Assembly: GCF_006345805.1 (NCBI RefSeq)
Contig: NC_043011.1
Coordinates: 66,414,464-66,478,463 of the forward strand
Length of the DNA stretch: 64,000 bases
DNA from: Octopus sinensis
Lineage: Eukaryota
Direction of reading: 5' to 3'
In this document: piece by piece, positions 11,881-24,600 of the stretch
How positions within the stretch are numbered: the stretch's first letter is position 1
How the letters are laid out: each line of letters starts with the position of its first letter
Made by a program: the position numbers and the translations under genes
Notes under the pieces: model-generated
The model's input: the letters and a program-made list of their open reading frames with translations, nothing else
The model's database searches: none
Told to the model about the DNA's origin: nothing

Positions 11881-13759
11881 TATATACGTATGTATGCATG
11901 TGTATAGATATGTGTGTATATTTGTTTATGAATGTATTTGCGACTTTTCCCATAGAAACTGCTTGATAACTGGGGTTGATTCGTTCACATCCCCGTAACA
12001 TAACGCTTCAGTGAAAGATAATTAAACAGAATAAGTATGAGGCTTAAGGCATAATTACCGGGTAGGGGCTGATTGCTTCGATGAGAGAACAGACTGATGA
12101 ATAAAATATGTTCTGAATTCCATTTTTATACAAGCTTCGGTGCTGATTCTACAAATGTAACGTCTCTTCTTCAAACAATTAAGAATATTGGTTACGTATC
12201 GAAATTGAAATATTCTTCTAAAATAGGAATTTTTTGAGACTGGTTTCGGAGAAATTTACCAAAAGGGTCAATCTGGAAATGTGTTACCCATGAATCCGCT
12301 GGTTTACATGAATCTCCTAATCCAGGACTAGCATTCCGCACATAGGAATTTCAATCGCATTTACCTTTCGAGATGTAATATCCATTTATTAAGAAAGAAT
12401 TCGATGTTATCGGACGTTCAGAAAAGAATAAACTCTCTCTCTTTCTCCTGTTTTCTTCCACCCTGTTCTTTCCCACGCTTAGTATTTTTTCCCTTCTAGT
12501 GTTTATGGAAATTTCGTCTTCAATATAATTTTAAACAATGCAACTACTTTCTTTGTTGATTAGGTTTAAGACCTCATGGTGCCACAATTTTGATCGAACA
12601 AAATCATGGATATAACACACGATATGAATTCATGAATATTGATGTAACGTTAATGGTGATATGTGTAGAGCTATTCCATTTGCTAAGCAAAACTTTTGTG
12701 CTTTCAGGCTATAATCGCTTTCAGGATGTATGGTCGAAGAGAGCGAGGAGTTTGATGACTTAAACCCATTTTCAAACCTCCAATGTAATTATTTCTTTCG
12801 CAAGGTCAAATGTGGATAAATGTGTTTCACATTTATGAATAATCTCATATGTCTGTCGAGATATCACCTAGCAGCGAAATTGAATGCTTCACTATTTATT
12901 TAGTTCTGTTGAATATAAGTAAATTCTCAGTCGCTTAGGGAGCCAAGTACTTCTATAATTCTCTGGATGTCTCACATATAAGTAGATTTATTGTAATCAT
13001 TGCAAATAAAATTCTACTGAGTTTATTCAACAATGTCGCCTTCCAGCGGCCTCTGTAAATTTATAAAACACTACACACACGTATAGACGTAAGCTCTTTC
13101 ATATTTATATATAAATACATGCACATTCATTTGTTGACAGGCACTTTATAGAGAATTTCATGCACATATACTCACACAATTACAGCGATTTGAAAATTGA
13201 GATATATGTATAAAAGTATAAGATCCCTTCAGGAATTTACAGAGATTAAACGAAAGAGACAGATAAATCTCAAGATGCACAGAACAATATTTCGAGAATA
13301 TTTATGCATTGTGAAGCAATTACGCTGTAACTTAGTAACTTACCTAAATTTCAAACAAACACATTTACAGAATATACTATCGTGGTTTTTCCTATTGAAC
13401 TCGAAATCAGATGAGAGATGGCTACGTATTATAAAATGAAATAATTACCAACAAATAATTTGAGGACAGATATCCGTCAAATATAAATGATGTAAATAAT
13501 GTACATAATTCTTCAACACTTAAATATAGAACTGCATTCAAAAACGTTGTATATGGTTTAACGGGATAAATGTTTTCAGGAGAAAGCCCGAGAAACGTTC
13601 ACTGAGCGAGGAGAGGGGGTGATAAAGTGTGTTTCGGGGAAACAATTCCGAAATTCCTATCAAAGTTAAAAATAACGAATGGAAAAATTGCGAAAAAATA
13701 TTTTAGTCTCGTAAATTCCGGTAGAAAGGAGAGGGGATTTAGAAATGGTTAGAAAAGAT

Positions 13760-14480
13760 GCCGTTGTTTGGTGGAAGTGAGAATATGGAAATGAGACAAA
13801 TGGGAGATGTAGAAGTTGAAATGAAGGAGGTGCATCGTTGGAATGTTAGCCCTGAGGTGTTTTATAAGATGGAGGTCGAGTGGAAAGAAGGAAGAAAGGG
13901 AAAAACAAAAGCAGAGAGGTAAAGCGTTGTAATGTAAGGGCAGGTAGTGCACGTCTGGAATTAGAAATTTCCCATGGAATCCGAAGCAGTCAGATCAGAT
14001 ATTCTAGGACAAGCGAAAGTGAGAGATTTTTGGAACGCATTGTCGTTAGTGCAAAGCTGTTACGTAACAGGTGGGCCATAATAAACCGGAAGTATGCGAG
14101 CTCTTCCATCGACCTGTGTATAACAGCGAACAGTGAAGCGTCTAGATGATTTTTCTAATAAAATAAATGCAGAATATTTAAAACGGAAAGTGCAGGGGCT
14201 GTATCCCCGGAGGTTTGAGGTGATGGACGTGAAGAGAAATACGTGACAAGAGGATCGAGGGAAGAAGATGCAGCCAGGAAGGAAATAGACTATTGTGGAC
14301 GAGGAAGGTTAAATGCACGTTTATCGGAGGCAAGAACCTGAAAAGGGAGATACGCCAAATGAAGGGATCACATCATAGACCGCTAAATGTCGAAGGATTC
14401 TTGGGTACTGCGGGCCAAAAGCTAGCTGTTAGCGCTGTATAGCGGTCTAAGGTTTGTGTATGTGGATAGATGTCTCATTC
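13760..14480 (-). mobile_element. Highly decayed LINE relic (CR1/Jockey group, probable)
   Basis: Purine-skewed plus strand as in the other relics, with only fragmentary resemblance to the LINE C-terminus. Confidence 0.3.
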
Positions 14481-15159
14481 CTAACCTGTTCAATAAGCAT
14501 CATGTAATGCAAGATAGCGATCATTTTGGTTACGAATATTTTCATTGAACTTACCACTTACTGCAATCATATTAATATCGCCTATTTCTTATCGCATCAC
14601 TTTAGTTTCGCTACCTGGGAAACAACTAAATTAAAATCATTTTGTTATGCGCCCTGCTTACTACAGCTATGTTACGCATCTATAATTCAACAACTATTCC
14701 ATATAAACCATCACTGTTTCATATGCACAATATTCTGTACTAGTCTGCTTTGTACCTAAAGTGTGTATGGCTGCGCTTAATAATATCTTCTCTCCTGCAC
14801 ACTGTACGAAAATGCTAGTCCCAACAATTTCACCAAATATTTCAATCGATATTGCAGATAAGCGGTATTTTACTCTGCCATTCATGGAAGCTCTGTTGGG
14901 CGTGCGTACTCTGGGGCTCATATTCTGATCACCCAACTGAATGTAAATGCATGATATACATATATATATATATAAATGCATGTGTATTTTTCAATGTGTA
15001 ACAATAACACGGAAGATATAAATAAATGGTTACCAGGGTAGCAAATATTCACATAAATGCCAAGGATGTTACAACCTATTTATTAGGGTAGAAATGTTTT
15101 TGTATAACAGATAAATAAATAAATGGAGCTAAGCACAGGTGTTAATCAAATCATTATAC

Positions 15160-15245
15160 TTCCGACATATGTTTCGAAGAAAACATTGGTATTATTCCAG
15201 AGGGAATAAAATGATGTTAAACAATGGGATCTTCTCATCAGGGTA
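15160..15245 (-). ncRNA. Type I hammerhead motif with long stem II insertion (PLE terminus)
   Basis: CC-CUGAUGA-GAAGA...UCUUC-GAAA-CAUAUG-UC/GG. Stem II is 5 bp plus CAUUG:CAAUG, stem III is the palindrome ACAUAUGU, and stem I is weak (2 bp then a mismatch). Confidence 0.7.
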
Positions 15246-15502
15246 AAAAAGAGAACCAAACCATATCAATAAGCCGTTTTAATGTGATGGTTACGTATAT
15301 GTCGAAGAGAACGCAGGAAAAATTCTTATACAAACTTTAATAGATTTAATGTCTAATGCAATTTAGAGAGAGACAAGGAGGAGAAAGTAAGAAATAAGAA
15401 GAAAACCACTACATTTCTCCACTTATGGTTTTCTGCTTCTTTCTTTCTTTCTTTCTTTCTCTAAATTGCTTTTGACATAAAATCCCTTAACGGTATTTAA
15501 AC

Positions 15503-15736
15503 GGCGAGCTGGCAGAATCGTTAGCACGCCGGACGGAATGCTTAGCGGTATTTCGTCTGTCTTCACATTCTGAGTTCAAATTCCGCCGAGGTCGACTTTG
15601 CCTTTAATCCTTTCGGGGTCGTTTAAATAAGTACCAGTTACGCACTGGGGTCGATATAATCGACTTAATCCGTTTGTCTGTCCTTGTTTGTCCTCTCTGC
15701 GTTTAGCACCTTGTGGGTATTACAGAAATAGGTATT
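15503..15736 (+). mobile_element. tRNA-derived SINE (family A)
   Basis: GGCGAGCTGGCAGAATCGTTAG head, GAGTTCAAATTCC B-box, GGTCGACTTTGCCTTT...AAGTACCAG core, AAAGAAATA-like tail. Confidence 0.9.
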
Positions 15737-16029
15737 TAAAAAAACAATAGCCTCAGGAAATAAACACGCCCAAACCAACCTATAATTTCTCGAAACGGCA
15801 TCTTCTCATTTTATACCAACTTTCTTATCTATTTGAATTACTGCCATGCATTCACCTCCCGCGAGTATTTTAATATAATACTTGATTTTAACACTGACAT
15901 ACAAACTCACAACTACATTTATGTATTTTTATATATTTAGATTTATTTATTTATAATTTTATATATTATATCTTATGTACATTGCTAGAAATATGAGGTA
16001 AAACCTCTAATGCTCCAATTAAAGCAGCA

Positions 16030-16810
16030 CATATTCGAATAAAATTATGTGCTTTAATTACAGTATCAGAGGCCATCCACTTTGGGATTTCCAAACCGTC
16101 CTTCATCATTTTCTCCATTTGCGTGGCTATTCTGTTCTTCTGTGTAATGGTGGGAAAATTTTCCCTCAATACGTTGTACCCCATCTGGACCTGGGTGTAT
16201 CCAATTTGGGATGTTTGTTATCCGTTTCAGTCATTCTTATAATGTCCTGTTTCACTTAATATTTTTCAGATTTTAATTCCTTGAAACATTCAGCATCTTC
16301 GTTAACACATTCTTCCACCATCGAAGATCTTACGCCAAATTCTCCCACTTTCCGCACTATCAGATTGTTCGCTGCTATCTAGCCTCCCCTGCAGCTGCTG
16401 ATGAAACCTTTTCTAATCCTGTTGGAATAATCTGTCGATTTTATATTCTTTGATTCTTTGCTCATACCTCTTCATATTTGTCGTTTTAGTCTGCCTGCGG
16501 TTTTTGTTTCAGCTCCTCAACACCTACATTCGTCCCGTTTTTATTTTGTTTTTTTTTGGCACCCTATACCTTCGTTCAACTCACTATTATTTCTCCTTCT
16601 CCCTCATTTCACCTTATTTCTTTCAAATTAGTTGATAGGTTTTCGTAGGTCGTTCATTGCTTGCTCCGTTCTTCTCTGCCGCTAAGTCTCTTTATCACAT
16701 TTTCTCTTTTACGGTTTGGCTCGACGCCTATTTTCTCTCCAAAGTCGATTGTACAAGCTTTAATCAATTCAATGTATTCATGTCGGTTATATTATTTGTT
16801 CCTGTTTCAC
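16030..16810 (-). mobile_element. Decayed R4/Dong-clade non-LTR retrotransposon fragment (region N-terminal to and start of the RT)
   Basis: With frameshifts it reads ELKQK...MKRYEQRIKEYKIDRLFQQD*KRFHQQL and PGPDGYNVLRENF...NRIATQMEKMM...IPKWM, matching the recalled R4/Dong pattern KRYxxRxxxYxQNxLF...FY and APGPDG...PxWM. Confidence 0.65.
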
Positions 16811-18454
16811 AGTTATAAAATAGAATTTATATCTATACATTTCTAGAGGCCGGGCCGCTTTCGAAAACTTTCACTCTCTTAATGTTATAACTGTGTATGT
16901 TGTTGAAAAGTTAAAGACGTATGTTTAATGTCTACCCATGAAATTCTCCAATAAAAGCGAGGAATCGCATTCGCCATTAAAGTGTACACAGGAAAGAAAA
17001 TGCTATATAAACGAAGCAAATTAATTTAGATTCTCGCCTTATGGGGGAAAATACAGCAAGGTACTAGGAAGGTCTTAATACTTGATAGACTACAAACATT
17101 AAATGTTTCCTTAACGTTAGCGCACGGACAATATCCCATTCTAAAAGCAAAATTACTCTAACGGATGCTTCTTAAGATGCTGCAGTTCTTCACTTTATAT
17201 CTTGTTCATCGCTTATCTCACGAAAGTCTTCTAGACTTTTTACCTCCGATTCTTTCATTTTCCAATTATCGTTGTCTCTTCACCTTTGATGTTTACATCT
17301 GTGTTAGTTTTGTTAATGTGTAGTTTGAAAGGTCTTAAAGTCGTTGGAGTGGGTGGAAATATAGCCAGGTCTTTCAAACATTTAAAAATCTCTGCAATCA
17401 CTAAAATGGATTTGTTTCATATCGTTTTGGCAGAATTCCAAAATTCATTCAAGTTTTTCATTTATAGCGAAATTATTTTCTTATACCTTTAGTTGCGCTG
17501 AATGTAAAGAATTTCTCGGCTCGGTATAGAGCGAAGTACTTCTTTATGGATAATTTATCTATAAAAAATATTATTGTCATTAAAAACAAATTCTATTAAA
17601 TTTACTCTAGCATCTACTATCAATTTTATTTGTCTATAGCAGTATTTGTACCCGATTTACTAAAGTTGTTTCCAGAAATATTTTTCTGCGTTCAAGGTAT
17701 TTTCAATTTATCACGCTTCAGTTTTTCTTTATAAAAATGTAGTTACATTTCAAAAAGCTAATATTTCGTGCTACAGTATTTCTGCTCCATAATCTGCCGA
17801 CCGTTCAATATGCAAACATGTTAAAAGAATCAAAGCCCGTCTAGCTTGACCTTATGTCACAACGCCAGTATGTGTGCGTGTGATTACTAATATCTTTCAG
17901 GTCTCAATCTATATATTTATTTATACACATAAATAATAATATATATTTATATAAACTCATGGAGACATAAATGTGTTTATATATACTCGTACATTAATGC
18001 TGTATGTATGTCTGTATGAGTGTGTATATGAACGTCTGTGTATATAGTAAAAAACGGTATTAAAATGATAACTGAATCTTTGTTGTAGATTTTTATTTCA
18101 AGATATCGCTTTTTAGAATATTGTACTATACCTTCATCGGAATTTCAAATCTTAACAATATTTTAAAATCTATCGAAAGAGTTTGCAATGTCTCAAAGTA
18201 AACAATTCTTTTAAACTTATCGAGATGAGCAAGTCATTAGTTTCCAAATTTCGCTCAAGGCAAGCAATTTCGGGTTACGGGGTAAGTCGATTACATCGAC
18301 CTCAGTGCTCAACTGGTCCTTATTGTATTGCCAGAAACCGTTGGTTTGTTACTACGCAGAAGCTTTATAGAAATATGTGTTATAAAGTTCTTTAATGTTT
18401 CGAAATCATGGGTTTTACGCGATTGTTTCTAGTTTGCGATGTTAACTTTATAAA

Positions 18455-18676
18455 TATTGGTTTGAAATGTTGGCACAAGGTCCGCAACTTCAGAGAAGAG
18501 GATAAATCGATTACGTTGACTGCACTATTCAAATGCTACTTATTTTATAGACCATGAAAAAAATGAAATATAAAGTGGACCTCGCCGAAGTTTAAATTCT
18601 GAATGTAGCGATGGACGAAATGCCGCGAAGCTTTATTCCTGGCACGCTACCAATCATTGCCAGTTCGCCACCTTCA
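18455..18676 (-). mobile_element. Decayed SINE (family A)
   Basis: Ends in TGCCAGTTCGCCACCTT, the reverse complement of the family head. Confidence 0.7.
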
Positions 18677-18799
18677 GGCGAAAAAGTAATTAAAACATGT
18701 GAATTGGTTTCTGTGAAATAAATGATATTCGACTTAGGTTTCTAATGAGGCAAATGCTAAATTAACAAGTATTTTGTCAGGCGTACTAAAACATGAAGC

Positions 18800-19010
18800 C
18801 ATAATTGGTTTCAAATTTTGACAAAAGGCCAGCTATTTCTGGGAATATGTAAGGGGATTAGATCGACCCCAGTGCACAACTGGTATTTATTTCATCGGCC
18901 CTGAAACAATGACACGCTTAATCACTTTCGACGGATTTTGAACTCTGAATGTAAAGACAGACGAAATGCCACAAAGTAGTTTGCCAGGAGAATAAAAGTT
19001 TCAGTCAGCT
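18800..19010 (-). mobile_element. Decayed SINE (family A)
   Basis: GATCGACCCCAGTGCACAACTGGTATTTATTT core; TTTGAACTCTGAATGTAAAGACAGACGAAAT. Confidence 0.65.
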
Positions 19011-19067
19011 CAACGCTTTTATATGAAACTAAAGTTAAACTCTACATTGTATTATGAAAACCAGTAG

Positions 19068-19300
19068 AAGGCGGCGAGCTGGCAGAATTGTTAGCAAGCC
19101 TGGCGAAATATTTCGCGGTATTTGGTCTGTCGCTACGTCCTGAGTTCAATTTCCACCGAGGTCGACTTTGCCTTTCAGCCTTTAGGGTCGATTAAATACG
19201 TACCAGTTACGCATTGGTGTCGATATTATCGATTTAATCCGTTTGTTTGTCCTTTTCTGTCCCCTCTGTGTGTAGCTCTTGTGAGCAGTAAAGAAATAAA
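19068..19300 (+). mobile_element. tRNA-derived SINE (family A)
   Basis: AAGGCGGCGAGCTGGCAGAA head, GAGGTCGACTTTGCCTTTCA core, AAAGAAATAA tail. Confidence 0.9.
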
Positions 19301-20115
19301 AATCATTAGCGATAGCTCACGCGTCACTATGTTCTTAGGTCAAAACCGCCGGGGACCGAATTAACCTTCCATTCTTTTGAGGTCAATAAATTAAGTACCA
19401 GTGAAACACTCGGGTCGATGTAAATCACTAGTCCTTTCCAGCAAAATGTCAGGCATGTGCCTTTAGTAGAAGGGATTACGAAAACCAATAGAAAAATCAA
19501 TTTTAAAATAATGAGATTAGATTTTAAGGTTTGAGAAACCAGTGAATAAAAAGAATATGAAACTACAAAATATCGTTGTTGTAGCACAATATTTATTTAA
19601 ATGAGTATTATTGATATGAGAAATAGTGGAAAGGATAGTGTTTCGGTCATCACCTAAAAAGAAATATACATCTATATATAACGATTGTAATACATCTAGT
19701 TGAACATGTATACCAATAATATTTTGATATGTTATACACTGTTAACTTTAAAATATTTCAATAAAATCAAACCCGCAAATCAGGAAATGTAATGTTGATT
19801 GAAGTACTTTCAAAACCAGCGCTTATTCTTCAATATCATCACAGTCACTAGTGTTGTTATAGAGTTTTTGTTTTTTTTATCTTATTTCTTATTCCATCAG
19901 TTCGTAACATAGAGAACTTTCAAGAACGTAGAGAACTTTCAAGTATACAGAATGCATTAGTCTTACATCCTGTTCCTTAACAATTATGGCTGTACTGCTA
20001 GACTATAATACTATCATATATACGCACATACATGCACTTACATAGACACGCGCGTACACAAGTGAATACACACACACACACACATATATATGCGTGTATA
20101 TACACATATATGCAC

Positions 20116-20151
<36 letters not shown>

Positions 20152-20238
20152 GCAAATATAATATATATATATACATATGTATATAAATATATTTGTATTT
20201 ATATATGTATATATATGTATGTATATACATATATACCT

Positions 20239-20287
<49 letters not shown>

Positions 20288-20460
20288 AAGGCGCATGGCT
20301 CCGTGGTTAGAGCATCGATCTTATGATCGAGGGGTTGTGAGGTCGAATCCTGGACCGGTCTGCACGTTGTGTTGTTGAGCAACTTATTTCATTTCGCGTT
20401 CACTCAGCTGTAGAAAAGAGTTGTGACGTCACTGGTGCCGTGCAGTATCGGCCTTTGTCC
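20288..20460 (+). mobile_element. tRNA-derived SINE (family D)
   Basis: GGCGCATGGCTCCGTGGTTAGAGC A-box and GGTCGAATCCTGG B-box, then a non-tRNA body. Confidence 0.75.
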
Positions 20461-20678
20461 CTCCTTTGTGTACGCGAGCGGGTATCTATGTATGTGTATG
20501 TATGATAGTCTTATATTCTAGCAGTATAGCCATCGTTGGCGTAGAAAGGAGATGCTGGTATGCTATGCAGGGGCGACTGCTGGTCTTCTATAAGCAAACT
20601 TGCCCGGACATGTGCCTCGGAGGGTAACTTTCTGGCTACAATCACATGATCATTCTTGACCGAAGTGAGGGCACCTTT

Positions 20679-20750
<72 letters not shown>

Positions 20751-21607
20751 GTGTGTGTGCTTGCGTGTGTGTGTGTGTGTGTTTGCTTGCGGGTATGTAG
20801 ATATATACATGTATAATAGATAAATATGAATTCGGGTGTTGTTTACATTATGTTATATACGGTTCTATAGTTTGGTTATGTTTAGTTATTTACTAATCAA
20901 TGTACTATTACATCCTATGATCACGTAACCAGACCATTTCACCAGGAGGATTGAACAGGTGATCTGCTACATATGTGGAGGCTTTGTTGATATATACAAT
21001 GGATTTAGTGAGTATCTAATATCATAATTTATTTAGTTAAAGCTACATTGCTTGTTTTACTGACTGGTTGATACAAAATAACTTTGGTATTCTTTCTGAA
21101 AACCCTATCTGCTAAATGCACCCTGGAGCGCTACTGATTTAATTGACAGGATCATTGACATTTCCACGTATAGAAACACCCACATACACACATAACGTTA
21201 TCGAAGCATAGTAGGGACATACGTATGTGTGTGTATACATTTATATCACGTTAACAACTATAACTTAGATTAAACACTGTAATATTTTTGCGTGTTATTA
21301 AGTACAGCCTTGTTTATAACATATAAAATTTGAATTACCAGTCATTGTTAGCGATATTAAAACACCAGCTTCTTGTGTTTGAAGCAACGGCATTAATATT
21401 CGGTCAGTATTCTAGTGAATTACAAGTAGCGTCCTTGATATTTCTGGAACAATATACACTAGTAACAATTGTTTTATAATAACATCACGTACCTTGATTC
21501 CATTAGAATAATTGCTCGGGATCATGCATTGAGACTGAAAATTCAATATTAAATATAAAGCTAAAGTAATAATTGAGGCAGTTCTTTTTCACTTTCATAC
21601 ATACATA

Positions 21608-24600
21608 TAGTGGTTGTACAAAATAATGGAAACACCTAGCATCATAGCATCATGATTTTGAAATACCTATAAAACCGTCAAAAGCCTATTTATTTTTATG
21701 CTTTTGTGTTATTATGAGTATTGCTTAATATGTTCTGCTACAATTGTTGTTTCGTTTCAGATATCATCAGAAAAATGTAACTAAAATTCATTAAAATGAC
21801 AGATCTATCAGGCTTACAAATAGGTCAAATTGCAGGTGCTCATATGGCAGGAGCTAGCATAACGAAAACAGCCGAAATATTTGGTGTATCAAGAAGTACT
21901 GTCTCGAAAGTAATGACAGCCATTTGAGAAAGACATCATCGAAACAAAACTCCGGAAGAAAACCAAAACGTTCGGACAAGAATAGCCGGACTCTTACACA
22001 TATTGTTAGAAATGATCACAAAATTAAAGCACTCAAAGATACTGCAGAGTTTAATGACCACCTCGGGTTCCCAGTTTTCACAAAACCTAATCGCTGGTAG
22101 CTGCACAAAACCGGATTTGACGGGAGAGCTGCAAACAGAAAACCACTAATTTCAAAAACAAACGTTGCAAAGCGTTTATAGTGGAGTAAAAACCTATAGA
22201 ATTGCTCCCTAGACCAGTAGAACAACTTTAATTTCTAGGACGAGTCATCCTTTACCTTATTTCCGACCACCGGCCGAGTGTACCTGTGGAGACAGCCAAA
22301 AGACGCATTTGATCCGGACTGCCTTCTTCCAACTGTTAAACATGGAGGAGGATCTGTTAGTTAGTTAGTTAGTTAGTTAATTTGGCTCAAAAGCAAATAG
22401 CAAGGCCATGTAGGGGGACATGGAGTTAAGTACAGGGTGGTGTTCATGTAAAGAGTTCAGGCCACTTGAGGAGTGAAGAACAGCTCTTTCGAGAGGTTAC
22501 ACTTCCCGCTTATGATGTTGTGGGCGAGAATGAGATCACCACGGCGGCGGCGTTTTTCAAGAGAACAAAGGTCGAGCGTCCTCAGCCTTTCTTCGTAGGA
22601 CAAATTTTTGAGACCATGAACCATGCGGGTAGCCAGCTTCTGGACTCTTTCGAGGTGCTGTATGTCTTTGAGGAGATAAGGAGAAGAGGCTTGAATCCCA
22701 TACTCCAATGTGGGTCTCACCAGCGTGACATAGAGTGGCAGGAATATGGCTGCTGTGAGCATTCCGAATGACCGTCGAATCAAAAACAGAATTCCGCGCG
22801 CTTTGTTGGCAGCATGGACGCACTGGGCCGAAGGCGAAAAGGAGGAATCCACCAAGATACCCAGGTCCTTTACCTGATCGGTCCTCTCCAGCAGCAGACG
22901 ACCCGGCTCGAAATCAAGTTGAGTTGCAGGAGTAGAGCCGACAGGCAGATGACAGCACTTTGACACGTTCAGACACAGGTCCCAATCGTTAGACCACTTC
23001 CAAATTTGGTGGAGGCATCGACGAAGATCCTCTATACTACTTCGAGGAGCGACCAGTTTGATATCGTCGGCAAATAGAAGGGTGTGTTGCGTGAGGTCGT
23101 CGGGCAAGTCATTTATGAAGACTAAGAACAACAAGGGCCCAAGCACTGAACCTTGAGGCACGCCACTGCTCGCACTGGAGACGTCGGACCGCGAACCATT
23201 AACTTGAACTTGGAAGGAGCGATCTGAGGAAGGCACCAACCCATCGTACAATATCCGGATGGAAACTATATGCTTGAAGCTTGACAAGTAGTAGGCGGTG
23301 GTTTACCGAGTCAAAAGCTTTGGCAAAGTCCAATAAAACGATTTCAACAGCATCACTATCATCGAGGATGCGCGTCACCAATTCTTCCATTACTAGTAAG
23401 TTGGTCAAGCATGATCTCTTCGGCACGAAGCCGTGTTGGGAATCAGTGATCGAGGCTGTGTTTAGGAGGTGGAGCATCATACTTTTCTTAAGGATGGTTT
23501 CGAACATCTTGCTGATTATTGATGTAAGGGAAACCGGTCGGTAGTTAAGCGGGTCTTCGCGGCTCCCTTTCTTGAAAATTGGGCAGATTATCGCTGTTCT
23601 CCAGTCTGCAGGTATAACACCCGTCGCCAATGACATATTGAATAGTCGTGTTAAGGGCTCGCAGATGACCGGAGCCAACGCTTTGATAACCCGTGGGTGT
23701 ATGCCGTCAGGGCCGTGACCCTTGTTGACATCGAGGCCTTGAATAACACGTTTGACTTGGTACCGCGTGATGATCAATCGAAGCATTGGAGGTACCGATC
23801 TATCAAATGGAGGGGGTTCACGGCCATCATCTTGTTTGAAAATAGTTGAAAAAGCCTCGGCAAATAATTGACTCTGTTGATAAGGGTCCTCAATCGATAC
23901 GCCTGTTGAGTCTACCAACGTTGCAATCTGGTTGTTCAAGCGGGAATTCCGCTGGACATGAGCAATGAAGGTTTTTGGATTGCTACTGGCATTTGCCGCG
24001 ATTTTGTATTCATAACTGAAGCTTTCTTTCTTTTCAATTTTCACGGCTCAGTCTCGTTGAGTTTTGTACACCTCAAAAGCTGCAGTCGAATCCAGATTTT
24101 TGAATTCAGCCCAAGCAATATCTCTGAGTCGACGTTCTCGTTTAACCTTCTTCGTCACCCAGGGCTTGTGTTTCTTCCTCTTGGGAAGTCCAACGGGAAC
24201 TGCCTGGTCAGTCAAACAGATTACATATGCTTTGAGGGATGACCATAGTTCGTCAACTGAGGACAACGTCATCAGGGAATGCCAGTCCAGAAGCGCGGAA
24301 GCCTCGGTTAGAATTTCAAGATTAATTGCAGAGAAGACTCTACGTGGCAGCGAAGTAATCGTGGGCGTGGAAAAAGTTGTGTGCATGACGAACTTCAGGA
24401 CCGCATGATCACTCTTGGCAAGAGGGGCGCACATAGATACGTCTGACACTGATCTTGGATAGCGGGAGAATACCAGATCTAGCATAGATGGCTGCTGCCC
24501 AGACCGATGCCTTGTCGGATATTCAACATGTTGCCATAGAAAACAATCTTCAGCCACGTCAAGAAGGGCCTGGCCGAACCGGGAAGATGTTGTACAAATT

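Noticed and set aside
13615-13665. Minus-strand ...CCCC-GAAA-CACAC with hairpin, reminiscent of a PLE terminus
   Set aside because: No CUGANGA and no supportable stem I.
20288-20360. tRNA-like sequences here and at 29080-29155, 35165-35230, 36921-36985 and 46961-47030
   Set aside because: They have A/B boxes but no complete cloverleaf, and they continue into repeated SINE bodies, so they are SINE heads and not tRNA genes.
20932-21010. Open frame HFTRRIEQVICYICGGFVDIYNGF before a GTGAGT donor
   Set aside because: The acceptor is weak and the peptide is unrecognised, so it is too short to distinguish from chance.
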